63,983 bases of DNA, filler included, from an uncultured Myxococcia bacterium (GCA_964617105.1; 9 parts of 9 records of this genome joined end to end with filler, not necessarily neighbours in it); one strand, 5' to 3'; positions 38,135-48,442 are shown, counted from the first letter of the whole stretch. The notes: generated by a model not told the origin, from the letters alone. Numbers and translations: made by a program.

Positions 38135-40299
38135 TTATGTGTATGGAAATATTGGGTCTTTTTGCACAGCGCCCAAAATTACCGTATTTTCAACTGAATA
38201 TTCAGAACCTGTTATTTTCAATAACGATTTAATAATCTCATTTAAATCCACAGGTAGTCCTTTTTTAAATTTAAAATTTCCTCTGAGATTGATGTGCCGC
38301 CAGGCGACAGGGGATATTTTTTTCAAAATATTTGCTTCCTCATGCCTTCCTTCATCTATTAATTGCTCATAGAGTTTAGAAATGATCCAAATATTGTAAA
38401 AAATGATACAGTTTGCAACCAATCTGGAGCAATCATCCCAAATCTGCTGTTCCTGCTCTGTTTTTCCCTAAATTTTCCAGAGTAGGCATAAGTCACCGCT
38501 CTTTTTAATTTATGGTATGACTCATTACGATTAAGCGCCCTTTGAACACCATGCCTCAGAAGGAGGTCATCTACATATTTGAGGATATAAATACTATAAA
38601 CGATATCATTGAGTTCCCGTATTGCTTTTTGAGTTTTATTCTTTTTAGCGTGGGAACTCAACTTCCTTACAATAATGCTTTGGGTTGTAGTTTTCAACGC
38701 CAGGGATGCCATGATCCGTAAAATGTTACCTGCTTCCTCAATGATACGTTGCGTTTTCACCTTTCGACTCGGTTTTATAAGGCAATCTTTGTATTCTCCA
38801 GGGCTTTTAAAACCGCAAATTTTAGCGGCTTTACTCCTTAATCCCTTATACCTGGGAGCGAACATATAATCAAATAAATACAGCAGTATGTGGTTGATAT
38901 TATTGGTGCCATGAGTGTCGGTGGAGTGTCGGTCAGGTTTGATCTCGGAGGTATTGTTAAACAAAATATCAAAAACGTAATGACTTTCAGACTCGTTAGC
39001 ACCAATAATTTTAGCATTGATAGGGACATGATTAGCTGAAAGGGATAAAGAAGTCACCCCTTCCTTTAATCCGAAATATTTTGGTGAGTAACGGGCGTTT
39101 ATTGTCTTTATTTGGGTCTCAAATTTTTGACCATCACTGCTGGAATGGATGATGCCCTCTTCTATGTCGTAATTACTAAAAAACGGATTTTGTGCGATTG
39201 CATTGCTGATCATATCATTGGCGTTTCTGAGAGTCTCTAGACGGATAAAATTTTTTGCTGTGGAATTTAATGTATGGGAATTAATGTCTGATATTTCTCC
39301 CATGGTATTGAGACCCGTATTTGTGGCAAGGGCAATTATTCCCGCGATAATAGTTGAATTGTCAGCCTGGCTTTTCACATACCTGCCCAATTTATGAGTA
39401 AACGCTTCTAAAAATCCACATTGTTCATTAACAGCATGCAGTAAATCTCCGATTCCAACCTGCGGAAGATGGCTGTAAAAGGAATGATTTTCGGTATCTT
39501 CTGGTTTCTTATATGGAAGGCTCCATTTAATATTATCTCCCTTTCCTGTAATCTTTATCTGTTTATTTTGTCCATCTTTGATTCGCTTATTAACTGTTAT
39601 AATAAGGGTTTCCAGTTCTTTTTCCAGTTGAGCCAGCAACTCTTCAATCGATATTCTCAATCGAGGATAATCAATTGATTGAAGAATACTTTTCCAGTTC
39701 TCTTCCCATTGTTTTCTCTCAATCAGTTCATCTTCAAAACTTCGAAATTGTGTGCTGTCAGAACAATACACATCACCGGATTGAATTGCGCTTTGTAATA
39801 ATTGATAAATTAGAAATTCATATTTGTCCGTGTCTAATTGCTTCTCCTTTCGCTCTTTTCCATTCCCTTCATTTTGCCCAGTCTTATATAAATAGCGCCG
39901 AACCTTTTCAGGAATAAAATCTTGTGGAATATCATCTGTTTTAAATTGGCTGAGGCTTTTATTCTTTTTGAGAGATGATTTCAGGAATTCAACAGCCTCT
40001 ACTAAATGATCATCTATCGTTTGGCTTTCAAGGTCAACAGCTAGAAAGGGAGGGCGCAAGTTCATCTTGAAGGCTTGAGAACAGTTGTTGTAGTGATCCC
40101 ATTCATATTCAACCTCATCGAATGAGGCTTTGGACATGTATTTGCTAATAGAAGGGAATTTGGCCCTTTCTAGAATACCAAAGGCCACGTGTCTTACCTC
40201 ACCGAACTCGGTTTCATCAGAGATATTTTCATCTGTAAAAAGATGCCATACTTTACTAGCGAACTTTAGGTTTTTGTTGTTTTCTATTTTTAGTTTGTA
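38135..40299 (-). pseudogene. tnpA: Tn3-family transposase, 5'-truncated and frameshifted
   Basis: SSDGQK, HSTDTHG, FAPRY, ALNRNE; frameshift at the A5 run 38461-38465, alternate frame continues EQEQQIWDDCSRLVANCIIFYN..ISPVAWRHINLRG; N-terminal third missing. Confidence 0.9.
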
Positions 40300-40324
40300 T
40301 AAAGTGGACCCCTTTGTCAAGACA
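40300..40324. mobile_element. Putative IS3-family-like terminal inverted repeat at the Tn3 truncation point
   Basis: TAAAGTGGACCCCTTTGTCAAGACA where tnpA similarity stops; palindrome CCCCTCCTCCGGAGGAGGGG at 40360-40379; no partner end seen. Confidence 0.45.
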
Positions 40325-40606
40325 AAAATTAGGGTGGTAAATGGCAAACCTGAGACCACCCCTCCTCCGGAGGAGGGGGCTCCCAAAAACGGACTTAAGA
40401 GGTAGTATCTGATGGTAATGGAATATACATACAGATTCACTGTACGTACTTATTCAAATATGTGCACTTTTAATTGTCGTCACTATCTCTTGTCTTTAAT
40501 TTTTATTCTTTCGTTCGGTTTACTGGTTTTCTTTTTTTATATAGTGGCAACCAGAGCAAACTACAAAAGTGGCTTACCTTATTTTGAAAATGAGCAAGAG
40601 GAGTTA

Positions 40607-40744
40607 GCAAAAAATCCCACTGACCAACCACTGACCAACCAATTTAGGCGTTTTCAATTTTATAAGTACTTGATTTTACTAGAGAGAATTGGTGCCGAGG
40701 CCGCAGGTCATCCCTTTAGGGAAAGGCCGGACTTGAACCGGCAC
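40607..40744 (-). repeat. att region copy 1: arm repeats, IHF site and tRNA-Leu-type 3' end with a 25-nt insertion
   Basis: 40607-40717 matches 43834-43944 at 100/111 without gaps; minus strand reads GTGCCGGTTCAAGTCCGGC-[25 nt]-CCTCGGC-ACCA. Confidence 0.9.
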
Positions 40745-40969
40745 TTTAGGACTTTTTTGTCTATGATTTCAAATGGTTAGGTTTTGGATGATCGACAGGT
40801 GATCGACCTGGCGAAAATGTGAAGATTTTGGGTGGGAATGTGGTGGGATTTACAGTTGTTTCTCGAACTCAGATATCGAGGAAACCGTTGCTGCTACTCG
40901 GCGTACTACATTTATGGCTTACGACTAAATCTCCCGATCTGAATGAGAAAATGATTTCAGATAAAACTT

Positions 40970-41197
40970 TTATTCTCTTTTAGACAAAACAGATCTCAGT
41001 GCCGATTCTGCCTCATGTTCAGGAAATCTAGTCAGTAAAGATTCAAACACCTTTTTTTGGGCATTAACTTCATCTGTTGTGGTTACTCTGCTAAGAGCAT
41101 AGAGAATGTACTGATTCATTGAAACACTCTCTCTTTGAGCACATTCTGAAATATGTTTATGGAGGCTATCAGGAAGCCTTAATGTGATTCTGCCCAT
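40970..41197 (-). CDS. Antitoxin, HicB-like/RHH DNA-binding protein
   Basis: GRITLRLPDSLH..ESVSMNQYILYAL; directly downstream of the PIN gene. Confidence 0.85.
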   Translation of the reverse strand: MGRITLRLPDSLHKHISECAQRESVSMNQYILYALSRVTTTDEVNAQKKVFESLLTRFPEHEAESALRSVLSKRE

Positions 41198-41201
41198 TTT
41201 A

Positions 41202-41609
41202 CTACTTCTCCCTTATTTTATTCAGAAACTCAGAAGGGGTTAATAACATAAACCCCAATACTTTTGCGGCATTCTTAAAATCCCTAATATTCGATGTGAC
41301 GATTGCCGCATGTCCATTCATTGCACAGTCAATGACTAAATCGTCATCAGGGTCTGGAGAACTTGGTCGAAAAGTAATAATAATCGGAGTAAACTCAACT
41401 CGTGTCAACAAAGCCTGGATCGCTTTTTGTACTTCCTTGACTTTCTGCTCACTCAAATTCCTTGTTAAAACCGCCTCATACTCAAGTGCTAGAGCAGTGG
41501 AAACACATGGAGTTATCTTATTCTCAACCCACAAATCAATGATTCTGCCGCAAGTCCCTTTTCTACTCAGACCTTCAACAAGAATATTTGTATCAATAAC
41601 AACTCGCAT
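41202..41609 (-). CDS. PIN-domain toxin
   Basis: RVVIDTNILV, LEYE, DPDDD..DCA, IVTSNIRDF. Confidence 0.92.
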   Translation of the reverse strand: MRVVIDTNILVEGLSRKGTCGRIIDLWVENKITPCVSTALALEYEAVLTRNLSEQKVKEVQKAIQALLTRVEFTPIIITFRPSSPDPDDDLVIDCAMNGHAAIVTSNIRDFKNAAKVLGFMLLTPSEFLNKIREK

Positions 41610-41698
41610 CTACCACTATAATAGCACCATATATAGCGTCTCACAAGATTTTTTCTCTTCTGAGCATTTCGACATGTGGCAAATTTCGATCTCGAGGC

Positions 41699-41758
41699 CA
41701 ACCCGGGTGCGCTGGTTCTCCGCTGCAGGCTTCGCTCCGCCCCAGGGCACCCGGGTTG
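41699..41758. repeat. Inverted repeat upstream of the integrase
   Basis: CAACCCGGGTGC..GCACCCGGGTTG, 12-bp perfect arms. Confidence 0.7.
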
Positions 41759-41845
41759 TCTATCAGGCCTGAAAACATACTGACCTTTAATTTGCTAAGC
41801 CGCTTTTACAAGTGAACGCATCATCTCCTCTCTGCCAGCCTTTAT

Positions 41846-42855
41846 ATGGCCGACTGGGGTTTGTTCTGCAAAAAGCATGGCAACGAGTTTGCCACTGGGA
41901 GATTCATGGTCCGGTTCGGACGGGATATCAATAAGCGGTTCAGGACCTACTTTGAGGCGGAGCGTTTTCTGACCGGGTTGAGATATAAAATAGATGAGGG
42001 CACCTTTGACGCCAGGGATTACAAAAAGGACAATCCCCTCGGATTTAAAACCCTGGCCCATAAGTGGCTGGCGGTCAAAGAAAAAAACGTCAAACCCAAA
42101 ACGCTTTGCGGCCTTAAAAATAACATCGGCAAGGCTGTTAACACCTGGGGGGATACCAGCATAAAGGAGATCTGTTACGCTGAAATTGAGGATTTTCTTT
42201 ACGCCCAGGAAGTATCAGACAAGACCAGGTCCAATATCAAGTCCTGTTTGCACGATTTCTGGACCTGGCTGCGGAAGCGGAGGGTGATTACGCTACAGCA
42301 GTTTCCCGAGTTTCCGGAGATAAAATATGAGTTGGGCTGGCGACCTACATATCAATTCGACCGGGAGAGTTGCTGAAATTGCGGGAAGAGGATGTCAATA
42401 TCAAGATGGGGATCTTTATTATCCCGAGTCCCAAGGAGAAAAAGCCAAAGTTGGTGCCGATCCTTGAGGAGGATATTAAGTTGATCGAGAGTTTATCACG
42501 GGGACTGCCCCACATGGCATATTTCCGGCACACCAAGCGCACCCGGGCTGTTTGGGCGGGGACACCATTTGCCAAGGATTATCTCTACAAATACTGGAAG
42601 TTGGCCTGCGCCAACCTGGGAATCGAGGGAGTGGATTTATACGGTGGCACCAAACACAGCACTGCCACAGCGCTGAGAGAGGTTCTATCTCCCGAGCAAA
42701 TCCGCCGGGGCACCATGCACGCTACCAACAAGGCTTTTGAGCGGTATATGCAGAGTAATATGGAAGACGCCAGCCGGGTATATCAGGCGGCCAGGTTTTC
42801 TTTGATACTGTCGAAAAAAATCTCCACCAGTTCGGCGCATTCGCCCCGGGAATAG
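41846..42855 (+). pseudogene. Tyrosine integrase with frameshift/internal deletion
   Basis: First frame reaches YELGWR; second frame resumes TYISIRPGELL (catalytic Arg), YGGTKHS, MHATNKAFERY; linker between them looks too short. Confidence 0.85.
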
Positions 42856-42899
42856 CCAAAATTGTCGTATAATTTATCGATTAGGTCTGCTTTGGTCAT
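42783..42899 (-). pseudogene. ihfA: Truncated integration host factor alpha-like gene
   Basis: Own translation MTKADLIDKLYDNFGYSRGECAELVEIFFDSIKENLAA*; helical N-half only; overlaps the integrase tail. Confidence 0.8.
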
Positions 42900-42912
42900 G
42901 GTATAAAACCTT

Positions 42913-43275
42913 TTAAATTGGTAGAGAACGAATCCTGAAATGGCTTTCTGTTACACTTATTATTGCTCCAGTCTTAAGTTCATCTAAGTATTTGGCAACG
43001 ATTTGTTCAAGATAATAGTTAACCATCTCAGGGCGCATATTGCGTAAACGAAAAATGATAACGCTTGGTAATCTTTTTTGACTTGCGGCTAATAACTCTC
43101 CAAAATCTAGATCATGAGTCAACAATACTCGATTTTCATCTCTGGCTTTTTCTAAAATATCTGGGTCTTCAAGACGATCCAGGTTTTGCTCATGCAGATG
43201 AATTGCATCAAAACCTCGTTCTTTTAGAAACTTTACTGCGCCCGGAGAAATCCCCATATCTGCTAAAAATTTCAT
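42913..43275 (-). CDS. DUF5615 PIN-like toxin (VapC45-like)
   Basis: MKFLADMGIS, DPDILEKA, VLLTHDLDFG. Confidence 0.9.
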   Translation of the reverse strand: MKFLADMGISPGAVKFLKERGFDAIHLHEQNLDRLEDPDILEKARDENRVLLTHDLDFGELLAASQKRLPSVIIFRLRNMRPEMVNYYLEQIVAKYLDELKTGAIISVTESHFRIRSLPI

Positions 43276-43508
43276 GCGGTCTCCGCTTCCTGGAAAAATA
43301 CTTTCTCTTCTGCCAGCCAGGCAGCATATTTAAGTGATTGTTCGATGTCCTCTGGTTCCAGATATGAATAGGATTCAATGATTTTTTCGACATTCATGCC
43401 ATTGGCCACCAGGTTGATAATTAAGGAAACTGTCACCCTCATGCCTCGGATACAGGCCCGTCCTCCCATAATATCTTTATTAAAAGTGATTCTGCTTAGC
43501 CCTTCCAT
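43272..43508 (-). CDS. DUF433 antitoxin
   Basis: IMGGRACIRGMRVTV..YLEPEDI..LKYAA; 4-nt overlap with DUF5615. Confidence 0.93.
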   Translation of the reverse strand: MEGLSRITFNKDIMGGRACIRGMRVTVSLIINLVANGMNVEKIIESYSYLEPEDIEQSLKYAAWLAEEKVFFQEAETA

Positions 43509-43833
43509 AACTTATCTCCCAAATACGCTATCTCGGCAATAATATTGGTCAATTATTCTTTGTTAACTATTATACCACACCCCCGCCGAAACCGGCAAAC
43601 ACTATCTGTGAAACTATCATTCTCTATCATTTTGTGAAATTGTGTGAGCCTCCTGTCTATTTTTCCACTCCACCACTAAAACGTGCCGGATCCCACTCCG
43701 GCCACCGGCAGGAAATGACCCAAAAATCTTCGTAACTGCCGTAGAAAATTTCTCATGCCCATCGTCACATCGCCCCGAAAATCACCCCTCACATGCCACT
43801 ACATTTTTCCCATGACATTAAATGTGAATTAAT

Positions 43834-43944
43834 GCAAAAAATCCCCCTGACCAACCACTGACCAACCGATTTGGGTGATTTTGATTTTGTAAGTATTTGA
43901 TATTACTAGAAAGAATTGGTGCCGAGGCCGCAGGTCATCCCTTT
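43834..43944 (-). repeat. att region copy 2, cut by the contig end inside the insertion
   Basis: Ends TGGTGCCGAGG-CCGCAGGTCATCCCTTT, identical to copy 1 over this stretch. Confidence 0.9.
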
Positions 43945-44044
43945 NNNNNNNNNNNNNNNNNNNNNNNNNNNNNNNNNNNNNNNNNNNNTTAATTAATTAA
44001 NNNNNNNNNNNNNNNNNNNNNNNNNNNNNNNNNNNNNNNNNNNN
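43945..44044. other. Artificial contig spacer
   Basis: N44-TTAATTAATTAA-N44. Confidence 0.99.
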
Positions 44045-46168
44045 CACTCCCGGCTAAAACTGGACCGGATTGAAAAGATTTTTGGCGGTACCGATATGCT
44101 TATGGTGGTTATCGATACTGAGGATATTCTTAAACCAGCCACTCTGTCCCGGTTAAAAAAGATATCAAAAGCCATGGAGCGGCTCAAGGATCTAGATAGT
44201 ATAATGAGCCTGTTTACCCTCAAGGATATTAAGGGTGAAGATGGCCAGATGCTGGTGGATCCCATGGTTAAGAGGATTCCTAAATCTTTGGCCGCCAGGG
44301 AGAAATTGCGGCAGAGAATAAAAGAGAATGATCTGGTCTATGAAAGCGTAATCAGCACCGATTTCAAGACCTCCATTATAATAGGTATGGTGAAGAATAC
44401 CGCCCAGGATGCTGGTCTGGTGTCATCTATAAAACAAATAGTTTCTGACCATCCCGGACCAGAGGCCGTCCATCTGGCCGGCTTGCCCTTTATTCGAGAA
44501 AATATCAGTAAAAATATTCGTGGAGATTTGCAACGTTTTTTGCCCTTTGGCCTGTTGATCATGCTGATATTTCTCTTTGTGGCCTTCAGGCAACTACGTG
44601 GAGTAGTGCTGCCTTTTCTGGTGGTGGTGATGGCCATTCTGTTCACTATGGGGATGATCCCCTTTTTGGGCTGGAAACTACAGATGATCATGGTAATTTT
44701 GCCGGTTATTATGGTTGCGGTGGCCAACGACTACGGCATTCACTTAATGGCTCGTTACCAGGAGGAAAATTTTCCGGGCTGCCATTTGGATAAAAAAGAG
44801 TTGAGTAGACGGGTTTTCAAGGCCTTGAGCGGGCCAGTGTTCTTTGCCGGCATAACTACCATGGCCGGCCTGTTGTGCCTTTTGAGCCATATTATTGTGC
44901 CAGCCCAAAAAATGGGCGTTTTAGCCGCCGTGGGAATTGCCTATGCTCTATTGGCCAGCATTCTCTTTATTCCAGCGGTGTTGTCGATTATGCCCCGGGC
45001 CAAACCCCTGGCCTCAATGGATCCCCAGGCCATAAAAAAGCCGCTTTTAGAACGTTTGCTGTTCAGGATAGTCAATATGGTGGGCAACCACCCCAAGAAG
45101 GTGTTGCACTTCTCGGTGATAATTACCATCTTATTAGCCTCGGGCACCTATTTTTTAGAAGTGGATACCAACCCCATCCACTATTATCCACCTGACCACC
45201 CCCTGGTTAAATCTTCGCTTTTGGTAAATGATAAGTTTGGTGGTATAACTGCTTTGTCAATAATCGCTAAAGACGATATCAAGGCCCCCAAAGTGCTGCG
45301 CCAACTGGATCTTCTGGAGAAAAAATTAAGCAGCCATCCCTATATTGGCCAGAGTGTTTCTATTGCCAAAGTGGTGCGCCGGATGAACAGAGTTATGCAC
45401 GACAATCACCCGGAAAAGGACCGGCTACCAGATAACCGTAAAGCGGTAGCCCAGTATTTTTTATTGTATTCTATGAGTGGTGAGCCGGAGGATTTCGAGC
45501 GGCTGGTTGATTTCGATTATAAGCACGCCAATGTTACTGCCCGCATAAACACTCTCAGTACCGGAAAAATATCGGAAACCGTAAAATATGTTAATGACTA
45601 TGTTAATGGGCTGCCGGAAAGTCCCTTTGTTTTAACCGGTGGTTTTGCCGAAGTGCTGGCTGAGTTGGATCGGGAGATCGTAGCAGGTCAGGTTAAGAGT
45701 CTGTTATTGTCGCTATTGGCCGTGTCCTTATTGGTTATGCTTTTATTTCGCTCGGTCAGTGCCGGTTTTATTACCATTTTGCCTCTAGGCCTGGCCATCT
45801 CTATCCTGTTCGGGCTGATGGGAATTTTGCAAATACCCCTCAACATCGCCACTGCTATGCTTTCCTCGATTATGATCGGTGTGGGAGTTGACTATACCAT
45901 CCACTTTCTGTGGCGTTACCGCATAGAACGGCGCCAACATCCGGCTGTGCAGGCGGTGGCGATCACTTTGACCACCACCGGTCGGGGAATAGTTTTTAAC
46001 GCCCTTTCAGTAATAATCGGATTTTCCGTGCTGATGTTAAGTTCTTTTATGCCGGTGCAATTCTTCGGTTTTTTGGTGCTGGTCTCTATCAGTATCTGTC
46101 TGCTGGGGGCAATGGTGGTCCTGCCGGCCCTGGTTTTATTGGTTAAGCCCTCATTTTTAGAACCATGA
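44045..46168 (+). CDS. RND/MMPL family transporter (5'-partial)
   Basis: Two TM bundles with ANDYGIH and GVGVDYTIH; frame open from the contig start. Confidence 0.92.
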   Translation, partial: HSRLKLDRIEKIFGGTDMLMVVIDTEDILKPATLSRLKKISKAMERLKDLDSIMSLFTLKDIKGEDGQMLVDPMVKRIPKSLAAREKLRQRIKENDLVYESVISTDFKTSIIIGMVKNTAQDAGLVSSIKQIVSDHPGPEAVHLAGLPFIRENISKNIRGDLQRFLPFGLLIMLIFLFVAFRQLRGVVLPFLVVVMAILFTMGMIPFLGWKLQMIMVILPVIMVAVANDYGIHLMARYQEENFPGCHLDKKELSRRVFKALSGPVFFAGITTMAGLLCLLSHIIVPAQKMGVLAAVGIAYALLASILFIPAVLSIMPRAKPLASMDPQAIKKPLLERLLFRIVNMVGNHPKKVLHFSVIITILLASGTYFLEVDTNPIHYYPPDHPLVKSSLLVNDKFGGITALSIIAKDDIKAPKVLRQLDLLEKKLSSHPYIGQSVSIAKVVRRMNRVMHDNHPEKDRLPDNRKAVAQYFLLYSMSGEPEDFERLVDFDYKHANVTARINTLSTGKISETVKYVNDYVNGLPESPFVLTGGFAEVLAELDREIVAGQVKSLLLSLLAVSLLVMLLFRSVSAGFITILPLGLAISILFGLMGILQIPLNIATAMLSSIMIGVGVDYTIHFLWRYRIERRQHPAVQAVAITLTTTGRGIVFNALSVIIGFSVLMLSSFMPVQFFGFLVLVSISICLLGAMVVLPALVLLVKPSFLEP

Positions 46169-47010
46169 CATTTAAAAGACTACTATATTTATTGCTCAAG
46201 ATCGTTCTGTTGAGTTTTTTATTTTGGAACCTGCTGTTCTATTTTTTTCAGGAATATATTATCTTTCCCGGACATTATTCAGAGAAACCAACAGACCTGG
46301 CCAGTCCAATATCTTTGGAAAAATCTTTTGAACGCATCTGGATTAAAACCGAAAATGGTGACTCAGTAGAGGCCTGGTTTATGCCCAGTTTGAGAAGTAA
46401 CTTTCCTGATAAACCTAATCCTGCGGTTATCTTCTTACATGGAAACGGTAGATCAATAGATTATTGGCCTGGGCGGCTGCATCAGTATAGACACTGGGGG
46501 TTTTCGGTGCTCCTGCCCGAATACCGAGGTTATGGGCGTTCACAGGGAAATCCGGGACAAATTGGAATTATCAATGATATGATTAAGTTTCGCCAGTGGT
46601 TAGTCAGCCGATCTGATATCGATCCCCAAAAGATCGTGTATCATGGATTTTCTATTGGCGGCGGTGTAGCCTGCCAACTGGCGGCCAGGGTGGAGCCTGC
46701 AGCCCTGATCCTGCAGTCCACCTTTATCAACGCCTCCCGCATGACCATCAGGCATCTGGCTTTCCCTTTTTTGCTCCGCCATCCATTTGCCAATGATCAG
46801 GTGTTATCAAACCTCAACACACCGGTTCTTATTATGCATGGCACTAATGATCTCACTATCCCGGTTTCTCACAGCCGCCAATTACACAACCTGGCTAAAA
46901 ATTCCACCTATTATGAGGAAGAAACAGCAGGCCATCACCTGTCAATCGACAGCCGCTATTGGAAGAGGATAAGAAATTTTTTATCCCTTCACCTGGAGGA
47001 TAAAAAATAG
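46165..47010 (+). CDS. Alpha/beta hydrolase
   Basis: HGNG, EYRGYG, GFSIGG nucleophile elbow, HGTND, AGH. Confidence 0.92.
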   Translation: MTFKRLLYLLLKIVLLSFLFWNLLFYFFQEYIIFPGHYSEKPTDLASPISLEKSFERIWIKTENGDSVEAWFMPSLRSNFPDKPNPAVIFLHGNGRSIDYWPGRLHQYRHWGFSVLLPEYRGYGRSQGNPGQIGIINDMIKFRQWLVSRSDIDPQKIVYHGFSIGGGVACQLAARVEPAALILQSTFINASRMTIRHLAFPFLLRHPFANDQVLSNLNTPVLIMHGTNDLTIPVSHSRQLHNLAKNSTYYEEETAGHHLSIDSRYWKRIRNFLSLHLEDKK

Positions 47011-47059
47011 TATTGTATACAAAGTTAATAGTAGTGCGTAATTTTTTAGGAGAAAAAAC

Positions 47060-47329
47060 ATGGAGATTAAAATCGATAAATTTGATAAACATCAACTAAA
47101 CCAAAAACAGGTATTTTCATGGCCTATTTGGGAAAAAGAGGTCTCCTCTTTTGATTGGCATTACGACACCACTGAAGAGTGTTTCCTGCTGGAAGGTGAA
47201 GTCACGGTCAAAACCAAAGATGGCCATAGTGTAACCTTTCAAAAAGGTGATTTTGTTACTTTTCCCCAGGGACTGTCATGCCACTGGGAGATAACCAAAG
47301 CGGTCAGAAAACACTACAATTTTTCCTAA
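47060..47329 (+). CDS. Cupin_3 (DUF861) protein
   Basis: WPIWEKE..FDWHYD..EECFLLEGEV..GDFVTFP..VRKHY. Confidence 0.92.
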   Translation: MEIKIDKFDKHQLNQKQVFSWPIWEKEVSSFDWHYDTTEECFLLEGEVTVKTKDGHSVTFQKGDFVTFPQGLSCHWEITKAVRKHYNFS

Positions 47330-47334
47330 AAACT

Positions 47335-48231
47335 ATGGAATCGATAAAAAAAATATTAACCGACAAAGTGGTCTCCCTGTTTGAGGATCGTGTTCTTACC
47401 TGGCTTAGAGAAAAATATTTTACCGAAAGAGCGGTAAGCGCAACTGGAGCAAAAAGGGTATTTGAGTCATACCGGTATTTCTTTAAACTGGAGAATTTCA
47501 AAATTATCAACCGCTTTTTACCTCAGTTCAAAGCGGAAAAAAGCACTATGTCCTGGCTGCCAACCAATAAAACAATAGAAGTAAACCTGCCGATAAAAAC
47601 CACTGATATCGCTTTGCCATCCAAAGTTCTGGATCATTTTATAGAAAAAGCCAGCCACCGGGTTATCGTCAATTTTTGCGGCTGCCGAAAGGCTATGGGA
47701 TGTAACCAGTACAACCATAACCTGGGCTGCCTGATGATGGGAGAGTCAGCTTTATTGATACCCAAAATATCACGGCGCGAAGTAGGTATAGAAGAGGCTA
47801 AAGAGCATGTTAAAAAAGCGATTGACTCCGGGCTTATTCCTCTTACCGGCAAAGCCCGTATAGATAATGATATTTTTATGATCCCCGATAGGGGAAAATT
47901 GATGACGGTTTGTTTTTGCTGCGAATGCTGCTGTATAGCCCGGTTTACCCAGGATATCACCCTGGAAGCACTGGAAAATATTAATCCAACGGTAGAGGGA
48001 CTTTCGATAGAAGTTACTGATAAATGTACTGCCTGTGGAACCTGCCTGTCAAAATGCTATATCGATGCAATCAACATAGTTGACGACCGGGCAGTTATTG
48101 GTGCCCGTTGCCGTATTTGTGGACGTTGCGCCAAACATTGTGAACAAAAGGCCATTAAACTGAAAATCGACAATGTCAATGCTGCTCAAGATGTTATCAA
48201 CCGAATCGAGACTTATGTAGATGTCACATGA
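47335..48231 (+). CDS. 4Fe-4S dicluster binding protein
   Basis: CGCR, CFCCECCC, CTACGTCLSKC, CRICGRCAKHC; ATG at 47335. Confidence 0.88.
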   Translation: MESIKKILTDKVVSLFEDRVLTWLREKYFTERAVSATGAKRVFESYRYFFKLENFKIINRFLPQFKAEKSTMSWLPTNKTIEVNLPIKTTDIALPSKVLDHFIEKASHRVIVNFCGCRKAMGCNQYNHNLGCLMMGESALLIPKISRREVGIEEAKEHVKKAIDSGLIPLTGKARIDNDIFMIPDRGKLMTVCFCCECCCIARFTQDITLEALENINPTVEGLSIEVTDKCTACGTCLSKCYIDAINIVDDRAVIGARCRICGRCAKHCEQKAIKLKIDNVNAAQDVINRIETYVDVT

Positions 48232-48243
48232 TTACCCTAAATA

Positions 48244-48422
48244 GTTACCGTCCGAAAACCCCCTTCTGCTACGAATTCGGCTGCATCTCGGCTAACTGTG
48301 TTGCAGAACCTAAAATCGTCCTCGACGTAGTTAAAACTACGCCTGTGGCGATTTCAGAACCTGCGCCTTGTTATCCGAGCGCATCCAAATTCTCGCGACG
48401 AAGTGAATTCTCGGACGGTAAC
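48244..48422. mobile_element. 179-bp MITE
   Basis: 12-bp perfect terminal inverted repeats GTTACCGTCCGA; TAAATA directly repeated on both flanks; internal hairpin CGTAGT-TAAA-ACTACG. Confidence 0.85.
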
Positions 48423-48442
48423 TAAATAGAAAGGAAAACCAA

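Larger units (their letters stand above)
40690..43944. mobile_element. 3.2-kb tRNA-integrated mini-island (decayed)
   Basis: Bounded by direct repeats of a tRNA 3' end 3227 bp apart; carries an integrase pseudogene and two TA pairs. Confidence 0.85.

Noticed and set aside
40300-40780. N-terminus of the 693-aa Tn3 ORF and the 122-aa ORF 40412-40780
   Set aside because: Chance read-through across IS-end and att DNA; no protein family features
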